DNA of 64,000 nucleotides, from assembly GCF_009914755.1 (NCBI RefSeq), contig NC_060929.1. The stretch is one strand, 5' to 3'. Origin of the DNA: the human T2T-CHM13v2.0 reference genome, Homo sapiens. Positions 25,340 through 38,490 of the stretch are shown here, one piece after another. Numbering within the stretch: position 1 is the first letter of the stretch; the number at the start of each line of letters is the position of its first letter. The notes under the pieces are model-generated. The model did not search any database and was not told the DNA's origin. It saw only the letters and a program-made list of their open reading frames with translations. The translations under genes and the position numbers were made by a program.

Positions 25340-28220
25340 TTTATTTTACTTAGTAAAATTTTTATAGATTTAAGTGGTAGAGTGTAGTTTTGTTACCTGG
25401 ATATATTGTGTAATGGTGAAGTCTGGGCTTCTATTACTAACACTCAAATAGTGTACATTGTACTCATTTGGTAATTTCCCATCCCTTACCCTCCTCTCAA
25501 CCTTCCACCTTTCCAAGTGTCCAATGTTTTATTATTCCACTCTCTGTGTCCATATATTCACATTATTTAGCTCCCACGTATAAGTGAGAACATACATGTA
25601 TGTGACTTTCTGTTTCTGAGTTATTTTGCTGGGTTAAGATAATGGCCTTCAGTTGTATCCATGTTGCTGGAAAAGACATGGTTTCACCCTTTTATATGGC
25701 TGAGTAGCATTCCACAGTGTATATATAGCACACTGCTTTATCCAGTCATTCACTGATGGACACTTAGGTTGATTCCATATCTTTGCTAATGTGAATAAAA
25801 TTGCAATAAACATATAAGTACAGGTATCTTTTGGTTAAAATTATTATTATTTTTTTGGGTTGAAACACAGTAAACACAGTAGTGGGATTACTGGATTAAA
25901 TGGTAGTTTTATTTTTAATTCCTTTAAAAATCTCATACTGTACAAGCATAGAGGTTGTAATAATTTACATTCCTACCAATGGTTGTATAAGCATTCCCTT
26001 TTTTTCTGTAGCCTCACCAAAATCTGTTATTATATGACTTTTTATTAATAACCACTCTGGTGTAAGATGGTATCTCTTTGTGGTTTTAGTTGATTTATCT
26101 GATGATTAGTGATGTTGAACGTTTTTTAAATATGCTGGTTGGCCATTTTATTTCTCCTTTTGAAAAATGTCTGTCATGACCTTTTTGTATCTTTTAACAG
26201 GGTTATTTTTCCTTCTGATGTTTTTGATTTCCATGTAGTTCTGGATATTAGTTTTTTGTCAGAGGCACAGTTTGTAAATATTTTCTCTCAATTGAGATTG
26301 TCTGATCACTCTGTTGATTCTTTTGCTGTAGAGAAGCTTTTTTTGTTTAAAGTATTATTTATCAAATTTTGCTTTGGTTGCATTTGTTTTTGAGGTCTGT
26401 CATAAATTCTTTGCCTAGGCCAATATCCAAGATAGTTTGTTGTAAGTTTTGTTTTAGAACTTGTATAGTTTCAGGTCTTACATGTAAGTCTTTAATTCAT
26501 TTTCTGTTAATTTTTTTATATGGTGATAGATATGGTTTGGATATATGTCCCTCCCCAAATCTCATGTCAAATTGTAATCCCCAGTGTTAGAGGTGGGGTC
26601 TGGTAGGGGGTGATTGGATCATGGGGGCAGAGTTCCCACGTTTAGCACTATCCCCCTTGGTACTGTATAGTGAGTAAGTTATTATGAGATCTGATTACTT
26701 AAAAAGAGTGTTTCATGTTCCCCTCTCTCTCTCTCTTCCTCCTGCTTGGCCATGTAAAACATGCCCACTTCCCCTTCACCCTCTCCGTGACTGTAAGTTT
26801 CCTGAGGCCTCCCCAGTCCTGCTTCTTGTACAGTTTACAGAATGATGAGCCAATTAACTCTCTTTTCTTTATAAATTACCCAGTCTCAAATATTTCTTCA
26901 TAGAAGTATGAGAACAAATTAATACAGCAAGAGATATAGACTCAGTTTCATTCATCTGCATATGGCTACACAACTTCCTCATCAGTATTTATTTACCAGG
27001 GTGTCCTTTCTCCATTGTTTATTTTGTCAACTCTGTCAAAAATCAGTAGAGTGTAGGTATGTGTTTTTACTTCTGTTTTCTTTATTCAGTTCCATTGATC
27101 TGTATGTCTATTTTTACCCTGATACCATGCTGTTTTGGTTACTATAGCCTCTTAGTATAATTTGAAGTTAGGTAATGTGATACCTCCATCTTTTGTCTTT
27201 TTGCCTAGGATTGTCTTGGCTATTCAGACTCTTTTTGGTTCTATATGAATTTTGAGATTGTTTTTGTATCTCTGAAAAATGATATTGGGATTTTGATTAG
27301 AACTGCACTGAATCTGTAGTTTCCTTTGGGAAGCTGGGTATTTTAACAATATTCATTCTTCCAATCCATGAGCATGTTTCCATTTGTTTGTGTCATCTAC
27401 AATTGCTTTCATGAGATATTTGTAATTTCCTTTATAGAGCTCTTTCACCTTTTGGCTAAATATATTTCTAGCTATTTTATTTTATTCTATTTTATTTGTA
27501 GCTATTGTAAATGGAATTAACTTCTTGATTAGGTGCTCATCTTGATTTTTATTGGTGTATAGAAATGCAACTGATTTTTGTATGTTGATTTTGTACTGCA
27601 AAACTTTACTGAATTCATTTGTCAAATGTACTCTTTTCTCATTTAGGTGCCTTTTACTTCTTTCTCTTATTTTTTCCAGTTTTTAGGGGAAATGCTTTAA
27701 ATTTTTCCCTGTTTTGTATGATGTTGGCTGTGGGTTTGTTGTATATTGTTTTTATTATTTTGAGGTACGTTTCTTCTAAACCCAGTTTTTAAAAGTTTTT
27801 ATTATGAAAGGAGGCTGACTTTTATCAAATGTTTTCTATGCATCCATTGAGATAATCATATTGTTTTTATTTTTAATTCTGTTTATGTGGTGAATCACAT
27901 TTACTGGTTGGCATATGTTGAATCATTCTTGCATACCTGGAATAAAATTTGCATGATTGTCTTTTTGATGTGCTATTGGATTTGTTTTGCTAGTACTTTT
28001 TGATGATTTTTGAACATATGTTAATAAAGAATATTGGTCTATCATTTCCTTTTTCTTCTGTGTTTTTTTCTATCTTTGGTGTAAGGATGATACTAGCTTC
28101 ATAGAATGGGTTGGAGTGAATTTCCTCCTCCTCAAAGTTTTGGAACAATTTCAGTAGTTTCATCAACAGTTCTTTGTTTGTCTGGTAGAATTTGGCTGTG
28201 AATCCATTTGGTCCTGGGCT
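25340..28220 (-). mobile_element. L1PB (about L1PB3/4), truncated, with nested MST LTR
   Basis: 3' UTR tggtgaagtctgggct...gtgtacattgtac; ORF2 remnant [14 protein letters not shown] in ORF 27990-28301. Confidence 0.88.
26528..26926 (+). mobile_element. MSTA-like solo LTR
   Basis: gatatggtttggat...ccaaatctcatg...tttataaattacccagtctc...taataca. Confidence 0.9.
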
Positions 28221-28710
28221 TTTTTTTTGTTCACGGTATACATGGTGCAGGTGCAAGTATTTACATGCGTAAATTGCATGTCTCTGGGGCTTGGTGTACA
28301 AATGATCATGTTACTCAGGTAGCGAACAGAGTACCCGATAGGTAATTTTTTTTATCTTCATCCTCCTCCCTCCCTCTACCCCTAAGTAAACCCCAGTGTC
28401 TATTGTTCCTCTCTTTGTGTCCATGTGCAATCACTATTTAGTTTCTGCTTATAAATGAGATGTTACTTAGGGTGTTTGGTTTTCTGTTCCTTAGTTGGTT
28501 CATTTAGAACAATGGCTTCTAACTGCATCCATGTTGTTGAAAAGAACATGATTTCATTCATTTTTGTAACTATGTAGTATTCCATGGTGTATATTTACTG
28601 CATTTTCTTTATCCAGTGCACTACTTAACAGGCATTTGGGTTGATTCCATGTCTTTTCTATTATCAATGGTGCTGGGATGAACATGCAAGTGCATGTGTC
28701 TATTTGATAG

Positions 28711-29087
<377 letters not shown>

Positions 29088-29252
29088 GGTAGTTCTTTTT
29101 TAAGTTCTTTGAGAATCTCCAAAGTCCTTTCCGCAGTAGCTGTACTAATTTACATTCCCACCAGCAGTGTGTAAGCATACCCTTTTCTCCACAACCTTAC
29201 TAACCTATATTTTGACCTTTTAATAATAGATATACTGACTGATGTGAGATAG

Positions 29253-29582
<330 letters not shown>

Positions 29583-31608
29583 GTGTGTATGTCTTCTTTT
29601 GAGAAGTGTCTGTTCATATCCTTGCCCACTTTTAAATCAGATTATTTGTTTTATGCTTGTTGATTTGTGTAAGTTCCTTATAGATTCTGGATATTAGACA
29701 TTCGATGCATAGTTTGTGAATATTTTCTCCCATTCTATAGGTTGTCCATTTACTCTGTTAATAGTTTCTCTTTCTGTATAGAGGTCTTTAGTTTAAATAG
29801 CTCTCATGTAAGAATTTTTGTTTTTGTTGAAATTGCTTACTGTTTTCTTCATTATTATATAGTTGCCAAGGCCTATGTCCAGAGAGGCATTTTCTAGGTT
29901 TGCTTGTAGAGATTTTAGAGTTTTGGATTTTAAGTTTAAATCTTTAATTCATCCTAAGTTGATTTTTGTATGTGGTAAAAGGAGGTGGTTCAGTTTCAAT
30001 CTTCTGCATGTGGCTAACCAGTTATCTCAGCACCTTTTATTGAATAAGGAATCCTTTCCCCTTTGCTTGTTTTTGTCAGGTTTGTCAAAAAGCAGATAGT
30101 TTTAGTTGTAAGGCTTTATTTCTGAATTTTCTATTATATTCTATTGTTCTATGTGTCTCTTTTTGTGCCAATTTTGGTTGCAGCTGTTTTGGTTATGCTC
30201 TTTTGATTACATTAACCTTGTAGTACACTTTGTAGTATAGTTTGAAGTTAGGTAGTGTGATGTATCCAGCTATGTTCTTTCTAGGTAAGATTGCTTTGGC
30301 TATGCAAGCACATTTTTGCTTCCCTGTGAATTTCAAAATAGCTTTTTCTAATTCTGTGAAAAAATGATATTGGTAGTTTGTTAGGAATACCATTGAATCT
30401 GTAAATTGTTTGGGTTAGTATGGCCATTTTAACATATTGATTCTTTCTATTCATGAATATGAAATGGTTTTTCATTTGTTTGTGTTACCTCTGATATCTT
30501 TCAGGAGGGTTTTGTAATTCTCATTGTAAAGATTTTTCATCTCCCCATTAGCTGTATTTGTAAGTATTTATTATTTCCTGACAATTTAAATGGGATTGTG
30601 TTCCTGATTTAGCTCTCATCTTGGACATTATTGGTTTATATAAATGCTATGGATTTTGGTACAATGATTTCATCCTGAATCTTAGTTGGTTGTTTATCAG
30701 TACTAGGAATCTTTTTTCAGAGACTGGGGTTGTCTAGGTACAGAATTATATTGACGGAGAAGACAAAAAGTTTGACCTCCTCTTTTCGTACTTTGATGAC
30801 TTTTATTTCTTTCTCTTGCCCGATTGCTCTGGCTAAGACTTCCAGTACTTTGTTAAATAGGAGTGATGAAAGAGGGTATACTTGTCTTGTTTCAGTTCTC
30901 AAGGGGGATGCTGCCAGCTTTTGTCCATATAATATGATGTTGGCTATGGGTTTGTCATAGACGCGTCTTATTATTTTGAGGTGTGTTCCTTCAATGCCTA
31001 GTTTGCTGGGGGGTTTTAACATGAAACAATATTGAATTTTGTCAAAAGCCTTTTCTGAATCTATTGAGATGATCATGTAGTTTTTGTTTTTGTTCTGTTT
31101 ATGTGGTGAATCACATTCATTGATGTGCATATGTTGAGCTAACCTTGCATCCCAGAAGTGTAGCATACTTGATTGTTGTGGATTAACCTTTTGACGTGCT
31201 GCAGGATTCAGTTTGCTTGCATGTTGCTAAGGATTTTTCATCTATGTTCATCACAGATATTAGCCTGATATTTTTTTCTTTGTGTTTCTGCCAGGTCTTG
31301 GTACCAGAATGATGTTGGCCTCATAGAATGAGTTAGCGGGGGAGTCCCTCCTCCTTGAAATTTTGGAATAGATTTAGATGGATGGCTACCAGCTTTTGTT
31401 TATGGTAGAATTCTGGTAGAATTCAGCTGTGAATCCATATGATACAGATTTTTTTCCTCTTGGTAGGTTTTAAATCACTGATTCAATTTTGGAACTCTTT
31501 ATTGTTTTTTTCAGATATTCAATTGCTTCCTGGTTCAATCTTTGAAGGTTGTAAGTTCCCAAGAAATTATCCATTTCTTCTGTTTTCTAATTTGTGTGTA
31601 TGGAGTTG

Positions 31609-31870
31609 TCTTTTTCTCCTTTCAGTTTTTATCTTTTTGCCCCATGCCTTTTTGTAATTCTGTAATTAGGTGCAGCCACACATAAGACATTATGTTCTTT
31701 TGGTGAATTAACACCTTTATGTGATGATTAACACCTAATTGGTATGAATTATCACTCATTACTCCTGATATTATTCCATTTTATAATAAAGTTCTATTCA
31801 ACTCCTTCATTATTATTATTAATTATTGTTATTTTTTGCCTCTTGAAATTTTACTTCTTTTACTAGTAAT
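31609..31870 (-). mobile_element. Old L1M ORF2 fragment (continues after 35400)
   Basis: ttaggtgca...ttatgttcttttggtgaattaac. Confidence 0.55.
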
Positions 31871-31886
31871 TTTTAAAAGGAGTTTT

Positions 31887-34800
31887 ATTTTATTATTTTC
31901 AAGATAGCAAATTAGAGGCTTTTAGAATGCCTCAGCCACTTGGAAATAGCAAGATAGTGCATAAGCATCTACTCTGTGAGCTTTAGTTCAAAAAGGAAAA
32001 TGGGAATCCACCAGAAGCTTGATATGCACCCCAGATTGTGGGAAAGAGAATGCCAGCAAATGGCCCCCGTGATGGTGTCTGGCTGATAAAAATGAATGAG
32101 GCTTAGTATACAAGAGAAGCACAAAGCCTCCCTCTGGGACTCACCTTTCCATGGGGAATCCAAGGGACCCAGGTTGAGGGATCACACTGTTTCTCACAAG
32201 CCCTGGAAATAACTTGGAGAAAGGCTTAGATGTGCTGTGGAGGAAAGATGCTGAGGAAAGCTGTAGATATTTTCAAGACCCAGGAATGAAAGCAGGACAC
32301 CATATTCAGCCATTCTTTAGTGACCACACAGGCATTTTAGTCTCATGACAAAGTTTGGAGTATCGGATCTGGAGCAGGATAAAAGCCTACACAGCAAAAA
32401 TTGTGGAAAGCACCTTAGCAGTAGAAATCATGCTCTCCCCTGTCACAAGCCTGGGGCAAGAAGGGAGGAGCCATAGTTGCAGTTTCTCCTGAGCAATGAG
32501 ACTTGCAACCAAGGTCAGATTGGTGACCAGCAATCTGTCTTCACATGCTATTGCTCGGTGACCTGGCCTGCTCACCTAAGATTGTGGTGCAGTGGGACCC
32601 CTTAGGCAGAAATCCAAGCATTTGGAACATCCACTTTCCTGGACTGGTGGCCAAAACCACCCCACTCTTACTGGAAATAGATCATTGTGCAGCAGGGCTC
32701 TCTCTGTTCCACAAGTAGGCAGATCTCCAGGCATTTGGAACACTCACTCACTTGGATCAGTGGAATGACCCATGCCACCCTTCCTGTGTAGAGATCTTAG
32801 TGCAGGGAGGCCCTCTCTGCTTCACACTCGGGCAGATCTCCAGACAATTGTAGCACCTGCTGTGCTAGATCTACACTTTGAGTCACCTATCTTTCCAGGA
32901 CATAGATCACGGTGCAGCAAGGCCTTCTCTACTCCACTCCCAGGCATATCCCCAGGCATTCAGAGGACCAGGTCAGCCAGCAGACTGAGCCACGCAACTC
33001 TTCCTGTTCAGAGATCCTGGTGTGAGGTTGAGGCTGGGGAGGCGGCTCTCTGCTGTACTCCCAGGCAGATCTCCAGGCATTCAGAGTATCTGCTTGCCTA
33101 GTTCAGCAGCCTGAGTTGCCCTCCTCTTCCTATGTGGTCATCTTGTGGCAGATCTCCACTCTATGCCCAGGCAGATCTCCAGGCACTCAGAGCACCTGCT
33201 TGCCTGGAACAGAAGCCTGAGCAATCCTACCCTTCCTGTGTAGAGATCCTGGTGAAGGAGAGTTCTGTCTGCTTAATACCCAAGCAAATCTCCAGGCATC
33301 TAGAGCCCCCACCCTCTTGGATTAGGAGTTTAGGCCACCCTTCATCCCCATGCAGGGAATTTGAGGCTAAAGTGGTTTCCCAGCTCCATGCTACACACAT
33401 CTCTTGATCTCTTGGTGCCTTGTGGCCACCCACTATATTCTCCCATGGTGGTGCTTGTGTCTGCCATGTGCAGACCTGTACACAGACCTATTCAATCAGG
33501 CCCACCCATTTGGTCTGCCTCCTCAGGGCTGAACAGGGTGCTTAGACCACCATGCACTTTATGAATCAGCCCATTGCCTGAGGCAACAGAAAGCTTCTCC
33601 CAGTAAACAAGGATCAAGTACGTACCCAGCTGCATTGGCTACATCTAGCTCTTGCCTATAAGCACCACCTACTGGTTTATATGTTAAACTTCACAGCCCA
33701 GTATAAAACCTGCTGACAAAAGTTCATAGGGCTATAGAAGCAAAGTGTAATAAAAAGATTCTATGCAACATTCTCTACAGTCACACCTCCTGGAGGTGGG
33801 GGGGACACAAGGGGAAATAAAATAATAATAATAATAATATAGAGAAAGGAAACAAGAAAAAAATCTACCTGCATGAAAATAATTACACACACACAAAATA
33901 GAAGTGCCAGTATCTCCAGGTGAGAAGGAACCAGCAGAAGAATTCTGGCTCCATGAAAAATATTAATGTAGTGACCCCATCAAAGGATTGCACTACCTTT
34001 CCAGCAATGATCCCTAACCAAAATGAAAACAAAAAAAATTATAGAGAAAGAATTGAAAGCATGGATTTCAAGGAAGCTCAATGAGATCTGGGACAAGGTT
34101 GACAGTCATGAAAAAATAACGTCTAAAGCAATCCAGGAAATTATGGAAAAGATAAAAATTTTTTAAAAGATCAATCAGAGCTTCTAAATTGAAAGAATGA
34201 CATAAGGAATTTCAAAATGCAATCAAAAGCTTAATCAATAAAATGGACCAAGTAGAAGAAAGAATTTCAGAGATTGAAGACTGTCTTTCAGACTAACTCA
34301 GTCAGACAAAAATAAAGAAAAAAGAATTTACAAATTGAACAAACTCTTTGATAGATATGGGATTATGAAAAGTTACCACATCTGTGAGTAATTGTCATCT
34401 CTAACAGAGAAGGGGAAAAATGCAACAACCTGGAAAACATATTTGAGGGAGTAATTAAAGAAAATTTCTCTAATCCTGCTGTAGAGTTAGGCATCCAGAT
34501 ACAAGAAATCCGGAGAACACCTCCAAGACTTTATACAAAGCAAACATCATAAAGGTATATAGTCATCAAACTGCCCAAGGTCAATGTTAGAAAAATTAAA
34601 AATCTTAAATGTGGCTTGAGAAAAAAGTCAGATCATGTATGAAATTAACTGTATCAGGCTAACAGCAAATTTCTCAGCAAAAGACTTTTGCTGAGAGATT
34701 GGGCATTTTCAAAGAAAAGACATTTTCTTTATCAGCATTCTTAAAGAAAAGAAACTCCAGCCAATAATTTCATATCACAACAAACTAAGCTTCATAAGAA

Positions 34801-35348
34801 AAGAAGAATTAAAATCTTTTCCAGACAAGCAAGCACTAAGGGAATTCACTACCACTAGGCCAGCCTTACAGGAGATCCTTAAGGGAGTTCTAAACATGGA
34901 GATGAAAATACAATGCCTGCTACCACAAAACCACAGTTACATAGCCCACAGACTCTATAAAGCAACCATACAATAGAAACTACAGGGTAACCAACTAACA
35001 ACTTCATGAGAGAATCACAACCTTACATATTAATATTAACCTTGAATGTAAATGGTCTATACACCCCATGTAAAAGGCACAGAGTGGCAAGTAAGAATTA
35101 ACACAGAAACAGAAAAGCATATACCACATGTTCTCACTTACAAGTAGAAGCTAAACATTAGGTACTCATGGACATAAAGGTGGCAACAATAGAAACTGGG
35201 TACTAGTAGAGATGGGAAGAGGGAGGTGGGCAATGTTTGAAAAACTTGGGCGACAGCCTCATTTGTGCCCCAAACTTCAGCATTATGCAATACTCCCAGA
35301 TAACAAACTTGCACATGTATCTCCTGAATCTAAAATAAAAGTTAAAAT
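31887..35348 (+). mobile_element. Older primate L1 (about L1PA15-17/L1P4): 5' UTR, degenerate ORF1 (~33920-34930), ORF2 almost wholly deleted, 3' UTR
   Basis: caagatagc start; ORF1 motifs gaagaaagaatttcagag, ctggaaaacatatttgagg; ORF2 start atattaaccttgaatgtaaatgg jumps at ~35092 to ORF2 end/3' UTR and ctaaaataaaag; possible TSD aaggagtttt/aaggatgtttt. Confidence 0.88.
32590..33420 (+). repeat. ~113-bp tandem array (7-8 diverged units) in L1 5' UTR
   Basis: ggcagatctccaggca-like core at 32605, 32718, 32831, 32943, 33064, 33170, 33283. Confidence 0.9.
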
Positions 35349-35365
35349 AAAGGATGTTTTGCAGT

Positions 35366-35368
<3 letters not shown>

Positions 35369-35398
<30 letters not shown>
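35369..35398. repeat. (TA)n microsatellite
   Basis: Seen directly. Confidence 0.95.
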
Positions 35399-35400
<2 letters not shown>

Positions 35401-35409
35401 TATATAGAG

Positions 35410-38400
35410 AGCTCTATTCATCTGATACTAAATGTATTGTATTAACATTTTTCTCCATCCTTTTAGTTTTATACTATCTATGCTTTCATACTTAAAGTGG
35501 CTTTCTTATAAATATTACATAGATGATTCTTGCTTTGTAACTTTTTAAATAGATCAGACAATTTCTGTTTTGTAACTGATGTTTGTTGATGCATAAAGAG
35601 ATTATTGATATGATTAGATTATAACTTGCCATCCTGCATTTTCCCATTTATTTCTATTTTCGCCCTTTTATTTCTGCCTTCTCTTGCATTAATTGAGCCT
35701 TTTAAATAATTCTATTTCATCTCTTTCACTTATTATTTATATAGTTTTTAAAATCTTAAGTGGTAGCCTTTGGTGATACAATGTAATGTATATTTTTAAT
35801 AAATCTGAGTACACATTTAAATAATTAAATACTGCTATATATGCAGTTTAAATACTATATAGCCATATAATGTCAATTTTTTTCTTTCCTCCTTTGTTCT
35901 ATTCTGTTTAGCCTTTTACTTTTACAAATGCTATGCACATACCATACTTTTCTATATTTTTGCTTAAGATAGTCAATTATCTTTGCAACAGAAAGGCAAT
36001 AAGAAAATATTAAAATTTACCAATCTTATTTATTATATTTTCAGTGTTTATCATTTCTTTGTATAGATCCAAGTCCTAAACTGCTATCGTATTCTTTGTG
36101 AATAAATATTTTTTAAAATTTCCTACAGAGTTTATCTAGTGTCGACAATATCCTTAAGCTTTTGCTTGAGAAAGTCTGTTTTTCATCTTTATTTTGAAAA
36201 GATATTTTCACTGTGTATGGAATTCGAGTTTTTCTTTTCTTTTCCTTTTTCCTCATTACATTAGAGGTGTCACTGCACTATTATTTACCTTATGTGATCT
36301 AGACACAAAGTCTCCTCTGATTCTTATGTGTGATCATTAAAATTTAATGTTTCTGTTTTTCTCTAACTGCCTTAATGATTTTTGTGTTATCTCATATTTT
36401 CAGTAGTTTAAATATAATTACATTTTTGTTCTTATTATTTTGTTTTGATTTATATTTTTTATTCTGCATGATATTCTCTGAATTGCGTAGAACTACAAAT
36501 TTTCCTATTATTAATTTTGGAAAAATATCAAAGTATCTTCAAATATTTCTTTGTCTAGTTTTTTTTTTTCTCTTTTCTTTTTGGGGGTATAATTACACTT
36601 GTGATACAAGATTCGATATTGTTCCCCAAATTTTTGATACTCTGCTTTTGTAACTTTTTATCTATTTATACTTATTTTTAGGTAATTTCTATAGACCTAT
36701 GTTTAAGCTTACATATTCATTTCTTCTCTGTGCTAAGTCTACTGATAAAGCCATCAAAAGCATCTTCATTTCTGTTGCTGTTTTATTTATCCCTTCATTT
36801 CCGTGTGATAATTCCTTGCGGTTTCAAAATAATATTCATTTTTACTCTATGTTTTATCTTAAAAGTCACTTTACACTACAGAATATATTTAATAAGTCCC
36901 CCACACTCCTCAAAAAAGACTGTAATGACAATTTGTGTCTCAATCCTCTGAACTGAAGTTTCTCATAGAAAATTGTTTCATGCTTACTGAGGATTCACCA
37001 AATAAACTTTGGTTTGATCATTATTTTTCATCTTTTTAGTGTTTAAATATTCTAGAATAACTCTGTCATTTTCAGTTTTTAAATAGTCATATCCCTACTT
37101 TTCAATAGAGGTAACAGTCTTGTGTAGATTCCCAAAAATAGATGAGGGAAAGAGCGCTGTGGAGGCACGTCCCTCACTCCAAGAAGGAGCTAAGCTCTAC
37201 AACCACAGAAAGAGAGGAGTCACAACAAAGCTGATCTGGCATGTTCTCTAATTTTAGCATGTTTTTCATACTAATAATAGTTATTCTGAATTCCCTGACA
37301 ATTCCAACATCTGTGTCCTATTTGTTTCTTGTTTTGATTGCTTTGTCTCTTACGACTGTGCTTTTTCATGACTTCTTACATCTTGTAATTTTTTATGTTA
37401 AAATTTAGTCATTTTGTATGAACAGTGGAAATTGAGGTAAACAGTTTTTATTTTTGGAAATAAACATGCCTTTGTTAGGCATTTAGTGCAGGGAGATGTT
37501 TGAGTTCATCTAATTAGGAATTAGTCTGGGTTGTAGATTCCGGATTGTAGATTTGTTGTTGCTATAATTAGCCTCAATGGACCACAGCCTTCAAATTCCT
37601 GTAGGACTATCTTTTGTTTAGGGTGGAGCTTAGTTTATTAGAATGATGACTGTTTTTAAGTTTTAGATCTACTCTGCACTGTGCCACAAAGTGGGTCTTT
37701 TTGATTGTTCTTGTTCCGTCTGCTCCCTACCAGCAGTTTTCTCCTTTTACTGGTTATCCAAATCATGTTATCTTGGCAGTTGAGGGTGGAGTGTGGTGCT
37801 TTCTTTGGTGTTATTATCAAGCCCAAATCTAAGGTATGCATGTGTCTCTGGGTTTCAGAAATGTGGCCGTTTTGTTCTCCAGCTACACTTTTCAGCTCAA
37901 CGCATAATTTCATCCCACTCCAGGAATAAGCTTTATTTATTTTCCTTTCCTCGGCTGCATGAGTTTTCACAAATGGCCTAGGGGGTACAGTATTTACAGC
38001 ATTTCATCCACAGTTTAAGGCTTTTGTTCAGTAGTATAGATAGGAAAGAAGAATCTGGCAGATTTTGTTACCTCTTCTATAAAACTTTTCTATTCTTCTT
38101 TCTTAGGCTTGCATCACAATGCGTATTTCTTAAGGTTCTATCTTTTCTGTGAGTGTGCAGGAAGAACCTGGAAGATGATATGGACTCCCATAGTTTGAGA
38201 CTCACTAAAATTTCAAAATGTTCTTCTGGCTCACACTTGGTCTTGGGCAATTTATCAATTATTCAACTGAGCCGTTCTTACCTCTGTGTAGGTGAATCTA
38301 GCCAAAGGCCACAAGTTTGTACATCCCCACTCTGCCTGTCAGTACTATGTTTCCTTAATTTTTTGGTTAGTTGATTGTTCTAAAACTTCCACAATCCAAT

Positions 38401-38490
38401 AAGTTTTAAGAAAATCATATTTCATTTTAAGGGTAGGGGTGATACTCCTTCCATATCTTTATACCCCAAGGCAAAAGCTGAAAATCCTGT
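35410..38490 (-). mobile_element. Old L1M (ORF2 start, ORF1, 5' region)
   Basis: acttaaagtggctttcttata, ttttgaaaagatattttcactg, aattccaacatctgtgtc; interrupted at ~36827-37235. Confidence 0.7.

Noticed and set aside
32590-33420. CRISPR-like repeat-spacer array
   Set aside because: The apparent spacers are homologous to each other, the period is ~113 bp, the context is a primate L1 5' UTR, and no cas genes are present
35085-35100. ORF2 loss by splicing of L1 mRNA
   Set aside because: Breakpoints fit AAGT microhomology rather than a clear GT-AG pair in the recalled consensus
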